64,000 bases of DNA from assembly GCA_020061465.1 (NCBI GenBank), contig JAGUYG010000022.1, positions 19,135 through 83,134 on the forward strand, given 5' to 3'. This document shows, piece by piece, positions 52,532 to 63,023 of the stretch. A program made the translations under genes and the position numbers. Source of the stretch: Ignavibacteriales bacterium. Lineage in GTDB: Bacteria; Bacteroidota; Ignavibacteria; Ignavibacteriales; Ignavibacteriaceae. Numbering within the stretch: the first letter of the stretch is position 1; every line of letters starts with the position of its first letter. The notes below the pieces were generated by a model, which made no database searches, had not been told where the DNA came from, and saw only the letters and a program-made list of their open reading frames with translations.

Positions 52532-54280
52532 TTGCAGTTATTGGACTATCTCATCATCGCCGCCTACTTCCTCTTCTCAGTAGGAATTGCACTCTACTAT
52601 TCCAAACGTGCCGGTAAAAGCACCGACGAATTTTTTCTTTCCGGAAGAAATTTACCATGGTATCTTGCCGGATTATCAATGGTTGCCACTACCTTCGCCG
52701 CAGATACTCCGTTAGCAGTTACCGAGCTGGTAGCAAGAAACGGAATTGCCGGAAATTGGATTTGGTGGAACTTTGCCTTCGGAGGATTATTGACAGTCTT
52801 TTTCTTTGCAAAACTATGGCGACGCGCAGGTATAATGACGGAAGTTGAATTTGCTGAAATACGTTATTCAGGAAAGCCCGCCAGATTTTTACGAGGATTT
52901 CGCGCGCTGTATCTTGGCTTGTTTATGAACCTCATTATAATGGGCTGGGTAAATAAAGCTATGATGTCGATATTAGTTGGCATGTTCGGTATTCCCGAAG
53001 CTGAAGTGTATTTCTATGTGTTCGGTTGTATGCTGTTAGTTGCAATTTATTCTGCACTATCAGGTTTGTGGGGAGTAGTAGTAACCGACGCATTCCAATT
53101 TATTATGGCGATGACAGGCACAATCATTCTTGCAGTGCTGGTTGTAAATTCATCTCAAGTCGGCGGTATTTCAGGAATGCAGGAAAAGCTGCCGGCATTC
53201 GTATTTGAATTTTTCCCAACTATCAGCGATACGGGAGTTGTTGGAAGTGCATTCGCATTATCCATTGCAGCGTTTCTTGCTTACGTAGGTATTCAGTGGT
53301 GGGCATCATGGTATCCGGGAGGTGAACCGGGAGGCGGCGGTTATGTGGCGCAAAGAATGATGTCGGCAAAGGATGAAAAACATTCTTTATTCGCTACTTT
53401 GTTTTTTCAGATCGCTCATTATGCAATAAGACCATGGCCCTGGGTTTTAGTCGGTATGGCTACGCTAATTATCTATCCCGAACTCGGACCAAATGAAAAG
53501 AAAATGGGATACATTTATGCAATGAACGATTTTCTTCCTTTAGGTTTAAAGGGCTTGCTTGTTGCTGCATTCTTTGCCGCATATATGAGCACAATTGCAA
53601 CGCAGCTAAACTGGGGTACTTCTTATGTTATCAATGATTTCTATAGGCGATTTGTTTCCAAAGAAAAAAAGGAAAAACATTACGTGTTTGCTTCGAGAGC
53701 AACTACCATCCTGCTTATGTTTGTTTCAATTTTGGTTACGCTTTTGATTGAAAGAATCTCCGGTGCGTGGGAGTTTATACTAGAGGCAGGCGCCGGTGTC
53801 GGCTTGGTACTAATCTTAAGATGGTTTTGGTGGAGAATAAATGCCTGGTCCGAAATTTCAGCCATGATAACTCCTTTTGTCGTTCTTCCCTTTATGCGTA
53901 TTTATGAAATACAATTTCCGATCAGTCTCTATTATCTTGTGGCAATCACAACAGTTGTCTGGCTTGTTGTCACTTATCTTACACCGCCGACTAAAGAAGA
54001 GGTATTAATTTCTTTTTACAAGAGAGTTTATCCCGGCGGCAGGTTGTGGAAGAAAATATCGGACAAGCTTCCTGAAGTAAAAGCAGACGGCGGCTTCTTC
54101 AGAATGTTTATGAATTGGATATTCGGAGTAGTTCTCGTTTATTCCATTCTTTTTGGAACAGGCAGTTTGCTGTTCGGAAACACTATTGCGGCACTGATCT
54201 ACTTAGCAGCAGCAATAATTTCCGTATTTATTATCTACAAAAATTTATCTGTCCAAGGCTGGAAAACCGTGATTAAGTAG
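52532..54280 (+). CDS. sodium:solute symporter (SSF) family transporter
   Basis: FFLSGRNLPWYLAGLSMVATTFAADTPLAV, about 13 hydrophobic segments, GGGGYVAQRMMSAKDEK. Confidence 0.85.
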   Translation: MQLLDYLIIAAYFLFSVGIALYYSKRAGKSTDEFFLSGRNLPWYLAGLSMVATTFAADTPLAVTELVARNGIAGNWIWWNFAFGGLLTVFFFAKLWRRAGIMTEVEFAEIRYSGKPARFLRGFRALYLGLFMNLIIMGWVNKAMMSILVGMFGIPEAEVYFYVFGCMLLVAIYSALSGLWGVVVTDAFQFIMAMTGTIILAVLVVNSSQVGGISGMQEKLPAFVFEFFPTISDTGVVGSAFALSIAAFLAYVGIQWWASWYPGGEPGGGGYVAQRMMSAKDEKHSLFATLFFQIAHYAIRPWPWVLVGMATLIIYPELGPNEKKMGYIYAMNDFLPLGLKGLLVAAFFAAYMSTIATQLNWGTSYVINDFYRRFVSKEKKEKHYVFASRATTILLMFVSILVTLLIERISGAWEFILEAGAGVGLVLILRWFWWRINAWSEISAMITPFVVLPFMRIYEIQFPISLYYLVAITTVVWLVVTYLTPPTKEEVLISFYKRVYPGGRLWKKISDKLPEVKADGGFFRMFMNWIFGVVLVYSILFGTGSLLFGNTIAALIYLAAAIISVFIIYKNLSVQGWKTVIK

Positions 54281-54322
54281 TGAATATTTAACCGAATTTT
54301 AATATTATAGGTGTGAAGAATC

Positions 54323-56539
54323 TTGGTATCTGGAATGAAAGATTTTATAAAGAGAAAAGCTAAAGACAGTTTGCGATTTAAAATACTGATAGGCATTGTT
54401 ACGGTGTTGCTTATCGTACTCATGTTTCCCAAAGGAGAATCCATTGAGTCCGAAGTGTCTGAAGGTTCTATTTGGATTCATGACGATCTAATTGCATCCT
54501 TTAGTTTTCCTGTTTTTAAGAATGCCGCTATTTACCGTGTCGAACTGAAAGAAGCCGAACAGGGTGTATACCCTGTCTTCTTAAGAGAAGGAATATCTAC
54601 TGCCGATATACTTGACTCTTTGAAACGATACAATGATTTCTTGATAAAATCTATCGATAGCAGTCTTTCCGTTAATTCAGAAGAAGTTTTTAATCCGACG
54701 TTTCTTAGCTTTGCTTCTTTCAATACTTTCAAACAGGTAAGAAGCCAGGAAAGAAATTTAGTGCTCAGCAGGCTCGTGAATATGAGAACGGCTTTCAATG
54801 CAGTTCAAAATTTGCTGAACAACGTTTACAAAAACGGAATACTGAGTGTTAATCCGGCGTCATTACAAAAAGACAGCATTGCATTAAGAACCGGAAATAT
54901 TGACAGGATAGAACCGGGCAGTAATTACCTTCTGCCCGACCAAGCATCGGAAGTCGTTAAGAATAATTTAAATGAATTTAATTTACCGGAAGACATTAAA
55001 GATGCTGTGCTTGAATATACACTTCATTTTGTTTTTCCGAACATAATTTACAGTTCGCAGCTTACTCAAGAAGAAATTGTGCAAGCTCAGAATGTTGTCT
55101 CGCAGTATTCGGGAATAGTAAATGAAAACGAACGAATTGTGGCAAAACACGATAGGATTACTAAAGATGTAAAACTAAAGATCGATTCATACAGAGAAGC
55201 GAAAGGAGAAAGAATCGGAGGCGAGGGAATATTACTGCAAATGGTAGGTAAATTTCTTCACATATCTTTCCTCATAACGTTGTTTGTTATTTACATTTAT
55301 TTATTCAGAAAGAAGATTTATCACAACAATCAGAAGATTTTATTAATTGCTATTGTGTTCATATTTCTTTCCTTCATTACATATCTTGTAAATCAGATTT
55401 CAATAAGGGCACCTTTACAGCTTCTAATATTTATTCCGTCTGCCTCAATGCTGTTGACGATAATTTTCGATTCAAGAGTGGGATTTTATTCCACAATTAT
55501 TTTAGCTTTAATTGTTGGCGCGTTGAGGGGAAACGTTTATACGTTTACCGCCACACATATTTTTGCCGGCGCTCTTTCGGTTTATACGGTACGCGATATA
55601 AAAAACCGCTCTCAAATTTTTCGCTCTTTCCTGTTCATTCTAACCGGATACATAATTGCGGTGCTTGCTTTCGGTTTAGAACGATTTGCACCGGTTGATA
55701 TAATATTAATCGAAATGGCTTTTGTCGGATCCAACTCGCTTATTAGTCCGGTTTTAACGTACGGACTGTTAATCTTCTTTGAAAGATTTTTCAAAATAAC
55801 TACAGACTTAACGCTGCTCGAGTTGTCGAACTTCGATCGCCCGCTGCTGAAAGACCTTGCCCGAAAAGCACCCGGCACTTTTAATCATTCAATGACAATG
55901 GGAACGCTTGCCGAAACAGCCGCAGAGCGTGTGGGTGCAAATCCCCTCTTAGCACGTGTCGGCGCATATTACCACGATATAGGCAAAACTATTACTCCTC
56001 AAAATTATGTAGAAAATCAGTTAAATAATCAGAACATACATGAAAATTTGACGCCCGAAGAAAGCGCAAATCTAATAAGCAGGCATGTTACCGAAGGCAT
56101 TCAACTTGCACAAGAAAATAACTTACCGCAGGAAATTATAGATTTTATTCCAACGCATCACGGCACCATGGAAATGTCATATTTCTACGATAAGGCAGTA
56201 AAATTATACGGTGAAGAAAAAGTTGACCGCAATGAATACCGTTACCCCGGACCTAAACCGAATACAAAGGAAACAGCCATACTTATGATTGCCGACGGCT
56301 GTGAATCTGCGGTAAGATCAATAGAAGATGCCGATCCGGTTAAAGTTGAAAATCTTATAGACAATATAATTCAATCAAGGATTGATGACGGACAGCTTGA
56401 CGAGTCGCCGCTTACTTTTGCCGATATAGATAAAATTAAGGAAGCCTTCTTAAGCATTTTATTAGGGCAGCACCATCGCCGCATCAGGTATCCGAAACAA
56501 GACGAAATTGAAAAAGGGATTGAAGACCCTAAGAAATAA
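54323..56539 (+). CDS. 7TM-receptor-type HD/HDIG phosphohydrolase (PgpH/YqfF-like)
   Basis: Extracytoplasmic N-domain, 7 TM segments, then FNHSMTMGTLAETAAERVGANPLLARVGAYYHDIGK...PTHHGT...MIADGCESAVRS. Confidence 0.85.
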   Translation: MVSGMKDFIKRKAKDSLRFKILIGIVTVLLIVLMFPKGESIESEVSEGSIWIHDDLIASFSFPVFKNAAIYRVELKEAEQGVYPVFLREGISTADILDSLKRYNDFLIKSIDSSLSVNSEEVFNPTFLSFASFNTFKQVRSQERNLVLSRLVNMRTAFNAVQNLLNNVYKNGILSVNPASLQKDSIALRTGNIDRIEPGSNYLLPDQASEVVKNNLNEFNLPEDIKDAVLEYTLHFVFPNIIYSSQLTQEEIVQAQNVVSQYSGIVNENERIVAKHDRITKDVKLKIDSYREAKGERIGGEGILLQMVGKFLHISFLITLFVIYIYLFRKKIYHNNQKILLIAIVFIFLSFITYLVNQISIRAPLQLLIFIPSASMLLTIIFDSRVGFYSTIILALIVGALRGNVYTFTATHIFAGALSVYTVRDIKNRSQIFRSFLFILTGYIIAVLAFGLERFAPVDIILIEMAFVGSNSLISPVLTYGLLIFFERFFKITTDLTLLELSNFDRPLLKDLARKAPGTFNHSMTMGTLAETAAERVGANPLLARVGAYYHDIGKTITPQNYVENQLNNQNIHENLTPEESANLISRHVTEGIQLAQENNLPQEIIDFIPTHHGTMEMSYFYDKAVKLYGEEKVDRNEYRYPGPKPNTKETAILMIADGCESAVRSIEDADPVKVENLIDNIIQSRIDDGQLDESPLTFADIDKIKEAFLSILLGQHHRRIRYPKQDEIEKGIEDPKK

Positions 56540-56542
56540 TCA

Positions 56543-57433
56543 ATGGACATATTTTTAAAAGAGTATTTAACCTCCCTCCGGCTTGAAAAGAACCTCTCGA
56601 AAAACACAATTATTTCATACAAGAACGACCTGAATTCTTTCAAAAGTTTTCTTGAGATAAGAAACATCTCAGATCCGTCGCTGATAAAAAGCGAGCATCT
56701 GCTGGCATTTTTCAAATCATTGTTTAAATTAGGATTAAGCAGCACTTCGGCTGCAAGGTATCATTCATCGCTGAAAGGATTTTTTAAGTTTCTTTATTCA
56801 AACAAATACATTGTTGAGAATCCGTTTGAAAGGGTCGATTCTCCGAAGATAAACCGCAATCTTCCGCGAGTATTATCCGTAAACGAAGTTGAGAAAATTT
56901 TAATACAGCCGGATGCAGAAAATAAGCTTGGTTTAAGAGATAAGGCAGTGCTGGAAGTTTTCTATGCATGCGGCTTAAGAGTTTCAGAATTGATCAATTT
57001 AAAGGTTCAGGATTTATTTTTAAACGAGGAAATGATCAGAGTTTTCGGTAAAGGTTCTAAAGAACGATTAGTGCCGATTGGCAGCAGCGCAATTAAGTGG
57101 ACGGAAGAATATATGAAAAAAGGGAGACCGCTTTTGCTAAAAAAAACAAAAAGCGAAGGTTTTGTTTTTTTAAATCAAAATGGCTCTAAACTTTCGCGTA
57201 TGGGTATCTGGAAAATTGTAGTTAAATATTCTCAAAAGGCAGGGATACAAAAAGAAGTTCATCCGCATACTTTCAGACATTCTTTTGCCACACACTTGCT
57301 TGAAGGCGGCGCTGATTTAAGAGCAGTGCAGGAAATGTTAGGTCATGCGGATATTTCTACAACACAAATTTATACGCACGTTGACAGGGATTACATTAAA
57401 CAGGTTCATAAAGAGTTTCATCCGAGAGGTTAG
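56543..57433 (+). CDS. xerD: tyrosine recombinase XerD (chromosome dimer resolution)
   Basis: YLTSLRLEKNLSKNTIISYKNDL...RDKAVLEVFYACGLRVSELINL...HPHTFRHSFATHLLEGGADLRAVQEMLGHADISTTQIYTHV. Confidence 0.85.
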   Translation: MDIFLKEYLTSLRLEKNLSKNTIISYKNDLNSFKSFLEIRNISDPSLIKSEHLLAFFKSLFKLGLSSTSAARYHSSLKGFFKFLYSNKYIVENPFERVDSPKINRNLPRVLSVNEVEKILIQPDAENKLGLRDKAVLEVFYACGLRVSELINLKVQDLFLNEEMIRVFGKGSKERLVPIGSSAIKWTEEYMKKGRPLLLKKTKSEGFVFLNQNGSKLSRMGIWKIVVKYSQKAGIQKEVHPHTFRHSFATHLLEGGADLRAVQEMLGHADISTTQIYTHVDRDYIKQVHKEFHPRG

Positions 57434-57435
57434 GA

Positions 57436-58095
57436 GTGCCCGAGATACAAATTAGCGAACGATTAATATCATTTTTAACTTTTCTGCCATTATTTTTCAT
57501 TTCGATTGCAGTTCATGAGTATGCGCATGCATTTATCGCATTTAGGCTTGGAGACAGCTCGGCAAAAAATGCAGGCAGGCTAACCTTAAATCCGCTCAAA
57601 CATATTGATTTGATAGGAACAGTAATAGTGCCGATTGCTGCTTTTGCGTCGGGCTTTGCGCTTATAGGCTGGGCAAAACCGGTTCCCGTTGACAGACGCA
57701 ACTTCAGAAATATGTTAAAAGACGATGCGCTGGTTTCTTTTGCCGGTCCTCTTTCTAATTTTATTCTTGCCCTAATCTTCTTTATAATATTCTTTTTTTT
57801 AACTAATGCTGTTGATGATCCCACTTCGCGCTGGATAAATATTTTTTGGTACGGCGTGTTCTTAAATATATTTTTATTTGCCTTTAATCTGCTGCCGATT
57901 CCGCCGCTGGACGGATCACATATTTTGTTCGATTTGTTCCCGAATAAGATTACGGCTGGTTTGTTAAATTTGGGTTTATACGGTTCGATTATTTTGCTGC
58001 TGTTTATTTACAGTCCGCTGTGGAAGTATTTTATGATGCTTATTCGATTGATCTTAAATGTGTTTTTATCAATTGCAGGGGACGATAGTGTATAA
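57436..58095 (+). CDS. site-2 protease (M50) family membrane metalloprotease
   Basis: HEYAHAFIAFRLGD (HExxH), NPLKHIDLIGT, NLLPIPPLDGSH. Confidence 0.85.
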   Translation: MPEIQISERLISFLTFLPLFFISIAVHEYAHAFIAFRLGDSSAKNAGRLTLNPLKHIDLIGTVIVPIAAFASGFALIGWAKPVPVDRRNFRNMLKDDALVSFAGPLSNFILALIFFIIFFFLTNAVDDPTSRWINIFWYGVFLNIFLFAFNLLPIPPLDGSHILFDLFPNKITAGLLNLGLYGSIILLLFIYSPLWKYFMMLIRLILNVFLSIAGDDSV

Positions 58096-59128
58096 ACTAA
58101 GCTTTTTATTTTGTTTTGTAATGATGCTTTCCTTTATCGGATGCGGCGATAAGAATACGGATGATGAACTTGAATTGCACCATTTCGACCGAATATCAAT
58201 CTTAAAAGAATCCTTTGGCGGTTTTTATTTTGCCGGGATGTATAATAAAAAAGCCGCCGTCTATAAATATAATGCGGCAGAAAAAAAACATTCGCTCTTC
58301 TGGAGTCATCCATTCGACCGGGTCATTGAGATGTCTTTTTCACCCGATAAAAGTTCTGCTTATTTTATTACAGCAAGAAAGTTTAGCCAATACGGTCAAT
58401 TGCCTTACTTCGAACGTGCAAAACTTTATATGATAGACAAAGCACACCAAACGGTCCGGCTAATTGAAAATTTAGGAACAGGGCTCCAAATTTTTACGGG
58501 ATGGGATTCTGATTCTCTTTTTAAGCTTACTGTAAATTCTATAGATAAAACGATTGCGACAAATGTTCTTCAATCCGTTTTTCTTTTTAATCTTAACGGC
58601 GAAGAAGTTGGCAAGGAAACTCAAACATTCGACATAACTATTGACGGATACCCGGGTATTCCAAAGAAAAAAGTTTTGGCTGTTTCACCCGACAGCCTTT
58701 TTGCCGTAGTTCCTATTGAAGAAGTTGATTCGATTTATCTATTCAATTTAATAAAAAATAAAAAAAAAATAATTTCGGCTGGAGCTAAAAAAGTTACAGG
58801 AATAGGCTGGTTGAAAAACAGCGAGATGGCGGTTATAAACCTTATCGGTCAAAATCATGCAAACGGTGCACTTTCAGCACAAGCACAAAATATTTCAAGC
58901 TTAATCGTTTATTCCGTAAAGGGAAAAAAGATTTTGAAGAAATGGGAAGGTGAAGGAATAAAAAACTTTTTTGTTGTTAATAAGTTTTTAATTTTTGACG
59001 ACGGATTTGGAGAAAATTCATCAATTAGCATTTTTGATCTGTTTGAAATGAAATTATGGGATAAAATAACAATCCCCGGAGGTGTGGGTTTAATAAATAT
59101 TCCTCTTCCTAACGAATTAGAGATTTGA
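58088..59128 (+). CDS. hypothetical lipoprotein
   Basis: The ORF is open from 58058. I prefer the GTG at 58088 (VYKLSFLFCFVMMLSFIGCGD, lipobox) because it overlaps the M50 gene by only 8 nt. No family recognised. Confidence 0.6.
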   Translation: MYKLSFLFCFVMMLSFIGCGDKNTDDELELHHFDRISILKESFGGFYFAGMYNKKAAVYKYNAAEKKHSLFWSHPFDRVIEMSFSPDKSSAYFITARKFSQYGQLPYFERAKLYMIDKAHQTVRLIENLGTGLQIFTGWDSDSLFKLTVNSIDKTIATNVLQSVFLFNLNGEEVGKETQTFDITIDGYPGIPKKKVLAVSPDSLFAVVPIEEVDSIYLFNLIKNKKKIISAGAKKVTGIGWLKNSEMAVINLIGQNHANGALSAQAQNISSLIVYSVKGKKILKKWEGEGIKNFFVVNKFLIFDDGFGENSSISIFDLFEMKLWDKITIPGGVGLINIPLPNELEI

Positions 59129-60984
59129 TGAAAACCTATTTTCGAATATTAAATTTTGTAAAGCCATACTGGAAGCATTTACTTCTTTCTGTTGTGTGCA
59201 CCATATTTTTTGCAGTGCTCAGCGGTGTATCTGTTTATCTTACTATTCCGCTGCTCGATACGCTATTTCAAGAATCTGCAAAGATGGAAAAAACCGTTAC
59301 TCCATCGAACATCGATAAAACCACGAGCATTTTACCGGATTGGGTTAAAGATGCGGCACAAAGCATTTCCGATTCCTTTAATCAATTCGTTTTCAGCGGT
59401 GATAAAATAGATGCACTGTTCAGAATATGTCTGCTTGTATTATTTGCTTTCTTAGCAAAAAATATTTTCGGCTATATGCAAGCATATTTTCTTTCTTACG
59501 TTGAGCAAGGAACCATGAAAGATTTAAGGAATGCGGCATATAAACATTTACACAAGCTGCCGATGAGTTATTTTAAAATGGAACGGGTTGGAAATTTAAT
59601 CTCAAGAATTACCAACGATGTTAATGTAGTTCAATCGAGTATTTCTGCAGCATTTCTAAATTTAATCAGAGAACCGTTAACAATTTTAGTCTTTCTTGGA
59701 ATAGCGGTAAGCATAAGCTGGCGTTTAACTCTAATGGCACTAATTATTCTTCCGTTTTCCATGTTCATTATTGCGTGGATTGGCGGGAAACTCCGGCGCC
59801 ACAGCTCGGTTATTCAAGCAAAGATGGCTGATATAACCAGCATTTTACAGGAGACTATTTCGGGCGTTAAGATAGTTAAAGCCTTTGGTGTGGAAGATTA
59901 TGAAAATAAGAAATTTATGAGGGAGACGAACAACTTTTTTAGAATGATGCTTCGAATTGTCAGGATAAGAAATGCATCCTCGCCGCTAACCGAATTTTTA
60001 AGCGTAATTGTGGGTGCCGTTATAATTTATTACGGAGGCGTGCAGGTACTTAAAAGCGAAACGTTGAAAGCCAGTGAGTTTTTAGGATTCCTTTTTGCAA
60101 TATTTCAATTAATGCCGCCGATAAAAGAGCTAAGCAGTGTAAACAATCGAATACAAGAATCCAGCGCTGCCGGAGATAGGATCTTCGAAATAATCGATAC
60201 TAAACCGAATATAGTATCTGCACCAAATGCAGTTGAACTGAAAGGCTTCTTTAACTCGATTGTCTTTGATAATGTATCATTCCATTACGAAGATTCTGAG
60301 GGACCCGTGCTGCATAATTTAAGTTTTGAAGTGGCAAAAGGAGAAATAATTGCGCTGGTTGGACCAAGCGGCGGCGGTAAATCTACATTAGTTGATCTCG
60401 TACCTAGATTTTTTGATCCGACTTCGGGAAGAATTTTAATTGACGGGAAAGATTTAAGACAAATTAAAATTGAAAGCCTCCGAAAATTAATGGGAATTGT
60501 TACGCAGGAAACGATTCTTTTTAATGAATCGATTAAAAATAATATTGCCTATGGATTGGATAATTATCCGTTGGAAAAAATTATAGAAGCGGCTAAAACT
60601 GCCAATGCCCACAATTTTATTGAAGAATTGCCTGAAGAATATGATACCGTAATAGGTGAACGTGGATTAAAACTTTCGGGCGGGCAAAGGCAGCGGATTT
60701 CAATTGCACGCGCACTTCTTAAAAATCCCGATATCATGATTTTTGATGAAGCCACTTCTGCATTAGACAGTGAATCAGAGCAGCTTGTCCAGGAAGCTAT
60801 CGAAAGATTAATGATTAATCGCACTACTTTTGTAATTGCCCACAGGCTTAGCACGATTAGAAATGCTACTCGAATTTTGGTGTTAGACCGCGGAAGAATT
60901 GTCCAAATGGGAAAACATGAAGAATTGTTATCCGAATCCAACGGGCTTTATAAGAAACTTTATAATATGCAGTTTAATATTTAA
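59125..60984 (+). CDS. ABC transporter, fused permease/ATPase (MsbA-like lipid exporter type)
   Basis: Six N-terminal TM segments. GPSGGGKST (Walker A), LSGGQRQRISIARAL (signature), IMIFDEATSALD (Walker B). Confidence 0.88.
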   Translation: MMKTYFRILNFVKPYWKHLLLSVVCTIFFAVLSGVSVYLTIPLLDTLFQESAKMEKTVTPSNIDKTTSILPDWVKDAAQSISDSFNQFVFSGDKIDALFRICLLVLFAFLAKNIFGYMQAYFLSYVEQGTMKDLRNAAYKHLHKLPMSYFKMERVGNLISRITNDVNVVQSSISAAFLNLIREPLTILVFLGIAVSISWRLTLMALIILPFSMFIIAWIGGKLRRHSSVIQAKMADITSILQETISGVKIVKAFGVEDYENKKFMRETNNFFRMMLRIVRIRNASSPLTEFLSVIVGAVIIYYGGVQVLKSETLKASEFLGFLFAIFQLMPPIKELSSVNNRIQESSAAGDRIFEIIDTKPNIVSAPNAVELKGFFNSIVFDNVSFHYEDSEGPVLHNLSFEVAKGEIIALVGPSGGGKSTLVDLVPRFFDPTSGRILIDGKDLRQIKIESLRKLMGIVTQETILFNESIKNNIAYGLDNYPLEKIIEAAKTANAHNFIEELPEEYDTVIGERGLKLSGGQRQRISIARALLKNPDIMIFDEATSALDSESEQLVQEAIERLMINRTTFVIAHRLSTIRNATRILVLDRGRIVQMGKHEELLSESNGLYKKLYNMQFNI

Positions 60985-61059
60985 ATACAATCTTGCTTAC
61001 TAATATGAAATTTATATTTGGTTTGTTAAATTAAGTTTAAGTTATACCGGGAGTAATAA

Positions 61060-62583
61060 ATGCAATCCAACGACAACGGAAAAGAGATCTATAAGTTAGC
61101 TGAAGAATTTTCTTCCAGCTTCAATTACAAGGTGAATGAAGCTGCCATTATTTTAGCAGCAGGGCATGGTAAGAGAATAAAATCACAGCGTTCAAAGATG
61201 CTGCATAAGATTTGGGAAGTTCCTACTGTGGAAAGAGTTTACAATGCATGCAGAGAAGGAATAAAAAATATCAATTTGATTGTGGTAGTTGGAATAAAAG
61301 CTAAAGATGTTATTGAAGTAATCGGGAAAAGGGATTCAACTCTATTTGCGTATCAGGAATTTCAAAACGGAACCGGTCACGCAGTTCAAATTGCTTTGAC
61401 AAAAATTGATGAGAAACTTTTTGATGGAATTGTTTACATTTTACCCGGAGACATGGGATTAATAAATGCCGCTACCATGCAAGACTTTCGAGAACAATTT
61501 GTTGAAAGCAAATCCGATATGATGGTATTAACCGGTATTTATGAGGGTGGTCCTCAGGGAAATCTTTACGGCAGAATAATTCGCGTTAAAGATACCGATA
61601 TACACGGAAACAGTTCGGGAAGCGATACCGGAAAAGTTATTGAAATTCTTGAGCATAAAGATATTCAAGTTCTGCCGGATGATAAACCATATCTTGTTGA
61701 ATTTCATGGAAGAAAATATTCTTACTCAAAAACCGAATTAATTGAGAACAATGAATTTAATTCCGGTGTTTATGCTTTTAAGTATAAGAAGCTGATTCAA
61801 TTAGTGAATAAAATTTCAAGCGATAATGTGCAAAAGGAAATTTACATAACAGATCTCATTTCACTTTTTAATCAAAAGAGTTTCTCCGTTACTGCTGTTA
61901 GTCCAAAAGAAAAATATGTTGTGATGGGTTTTAACAATAAATCCGTTCTTAAGGAAATGGAAAACGTTGCAAGGCATCAGGTTTATGAAAAGCTTAAGGA
62001 CATAATTGAAATTCAGGACCCTGAAGATTTTTTTATTCACGAAAGCGTTGTAAAAAATATTCTCGAAATGGACAAGAAAAATATCCCGCTTGATATCACT
62101 ATCGGTAAAGGTGTTTATATAGGACAAGGCGTTAAGCTGAATTACAACACCGAGCTAAAGAAAAATGCTTTCGTTACCGGAAACGTTCACTTTGGCGAGA
62201 ATGTAGTTGTCTGGCAGAACGTTCATCTTTCTACTTTTCCCAATCAAATTTTTAAGATTGGGAATAATGTTGAGATTTATTGGGGAGATATTATCAAAGG
62301 GAACATTGTTATCGGTGACGGCTCAAGAATTGAATCAAGCGTTAATATGACCGGCAGCGATGAATTTCCTCTTAGAATAGGAAAGAATGTTCTGATAAAA
62401 GGAACAAGTTATATCTTCGGATCGATCATAGAAGACGATGTACATATAGAGCATAGTGTGCTGATTAAAAAGCATGTCGAAAGATTAGCTAAAAAAGACG
62501 GGAAAATTCAGCCTATTAAATTTTATCTGCCTATGCCGACAGGAATTGATGCAATTGAAGACCTTGAAAATCCCATAACATAA
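61060..62583 (+). CDS. GlmU-like bifunctional protein: N-terminal sugar-phosphate nucleotidyltransferase + C-terminal left-handed beta-helix acyltransferase
   Basis: AAIILAAGHGKRIKSQRSKMLHKI (nucleotidyltransferase P-loop-like motif), GTGHAV, YILPGDMGL. The C-terminal hexapeptide repeats include IGKGVYIGQGVKL, VTGNVHFGENVVV, IGDGSRIESSV. It is longer than typical GlmU, so the assignment is kept generic. Confidence 0.65.
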   Translation: MQSNDNGKEIYKLAEEFSSSFNYKVNEAAIILAAGHGKRIKSQRSKMLHKIWEVPTVERVYNACREGIKNINLIVVVGIKAKDVIEVIGKRDSTLFAYQEFQNGTGHAVQIALTKIDEKLFDGIVYILPGDMGLINAATMQDFREQFVESKSDMMVLTGIYEGGPQGNLYGRIIRVKDTDIHGNSSGSDTGKVIEILEHKDIQVLPDDKPYLVEFHGRKYSYSKTELIENNEFNSGVYAFKYKKLIQLVNKISSDNVQKEIYITDLISLFNQKSFSVTAVSPKEKYVVMGFNNKSVLKEMENVARHQVYEKLKDIIEIQDPEDFFIHESVVKNILEMDKKNIPLDITIGKGVYIGQGVKLNYNTELKKNAFVTGNVHFGENVVVWQNVHLSTFPNQIFKIGNNVEIYWGDIIKGNIVIGDGSRIESSVNMTGSDEFPLRIGKNVLIKGTSYIFGSIIEDDVHIEHSVLIKKHVERLAKKDGKIQPIKFYLPMPTGIDAIEDLENPIT

Positions 62584-62612
62584 AAAAGGCTCTCTTAATT
62601 GAGAGCCTTACA
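62584..62612. terminator. bidirectional hairpin terminator between convergent genes
   Basis: AAAAAAGGCTCTC-TTAATT-GAGAGCCTT lies between the stop at 62583 (+) and the rpsT stop at 62641 (-). Confidence 0.7.
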
Positions 62613-62640
62613 TCTATAAACTATAAACAATAAAAATGCA

Positions 62641-62898
62641 TCAAGAGTTAAGGCTATTTAAATGCTTTGTTAAAGCCGACTTCTTTCTTGCAGCAGTATT
62701 TTGGTGAATTTTGCCTTTGGAGGCGCTTCTATCTAACACAGCAACTGCTTCTCTATACAAACTTTCTGCCTCAGCTTTTTCGTTTGCGTTTAGAGCCTTC
62801 TTTACCACAGTTTTAATCTTAGACTCGATATTCTTATTCACCATTCTCTTCTTCGCACTCGATCTAATTCGTTTCTTAGCAGATTTATGGGTTGCCAT
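62641..62898 (-). CDS. rpsT: 30S ribosomal protein S20
   Basis: MATHKSAKKRIRSSAKKRMVNKNIESKIKTVVKK...IHQNTAARKKSAL. Confidence 0.92.
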   Translation of the reverse strand: MATHKSAKKRIRSSAKKRMVNKNIESKIKTVVKKALNANEKAEAESLYREAVAVLDRSASKGKIHQNTAARKKSALTKHLNSLNS

Positions 62899-62935
62899 AT
62901 TTAAATAACCTCAGAATATATTGGAAAATTGCGCC

Positions 62936-62943
62936 CAAATATA
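62936..62943 (-). promoter_or_regulatory. Bacteroidota-type -7 box for rpsT
   Basis: The reverse strand reads TATATTTG (TAnnTTTG), ~38 nt upstream of the rpsT start. Confidence 0.4.
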
Positions 62944-62978
62944 GATAATAGCTCGTTTGATGTCAAATAATACTTTAG

Positions 62979-62986
62979 TAATTTTG
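62979..62986 (+). promoter_or_regulatory. Bacteroidota-type -7 box for queE, with TTTG -33 element at 62956-62959
   Basis: TAATTTTG, 38 nt upstream of the ATG. A TTTG lies ~19 nt further upstream. Confidence 0.45.
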
Positions 62987-63023
62987 CGCTAAAAGAACAT
63001 CTAATCAAACATTTTCCGCAGTT

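Noticed and set aside
56543-57433. Tyrosine recombinase considered as the integrase of the putative island
   Set aside because: It lies 18 kb outside the tRNA-bracketed block, among housekeeping genes. It has the full XerD-type sequence pattern, so it is best explained as the chromosomal dimer-resolution recombinase.
58741-58775. Long A-runs (up to 9 A) inside the hypothetical lipoprotein gene, considered as a slippage switch
   Set aside because: A/T homopolymers encoding Lys/Asn runs are frequent throughout this AT-rich sequence. The run is not distinctive enough to single out.
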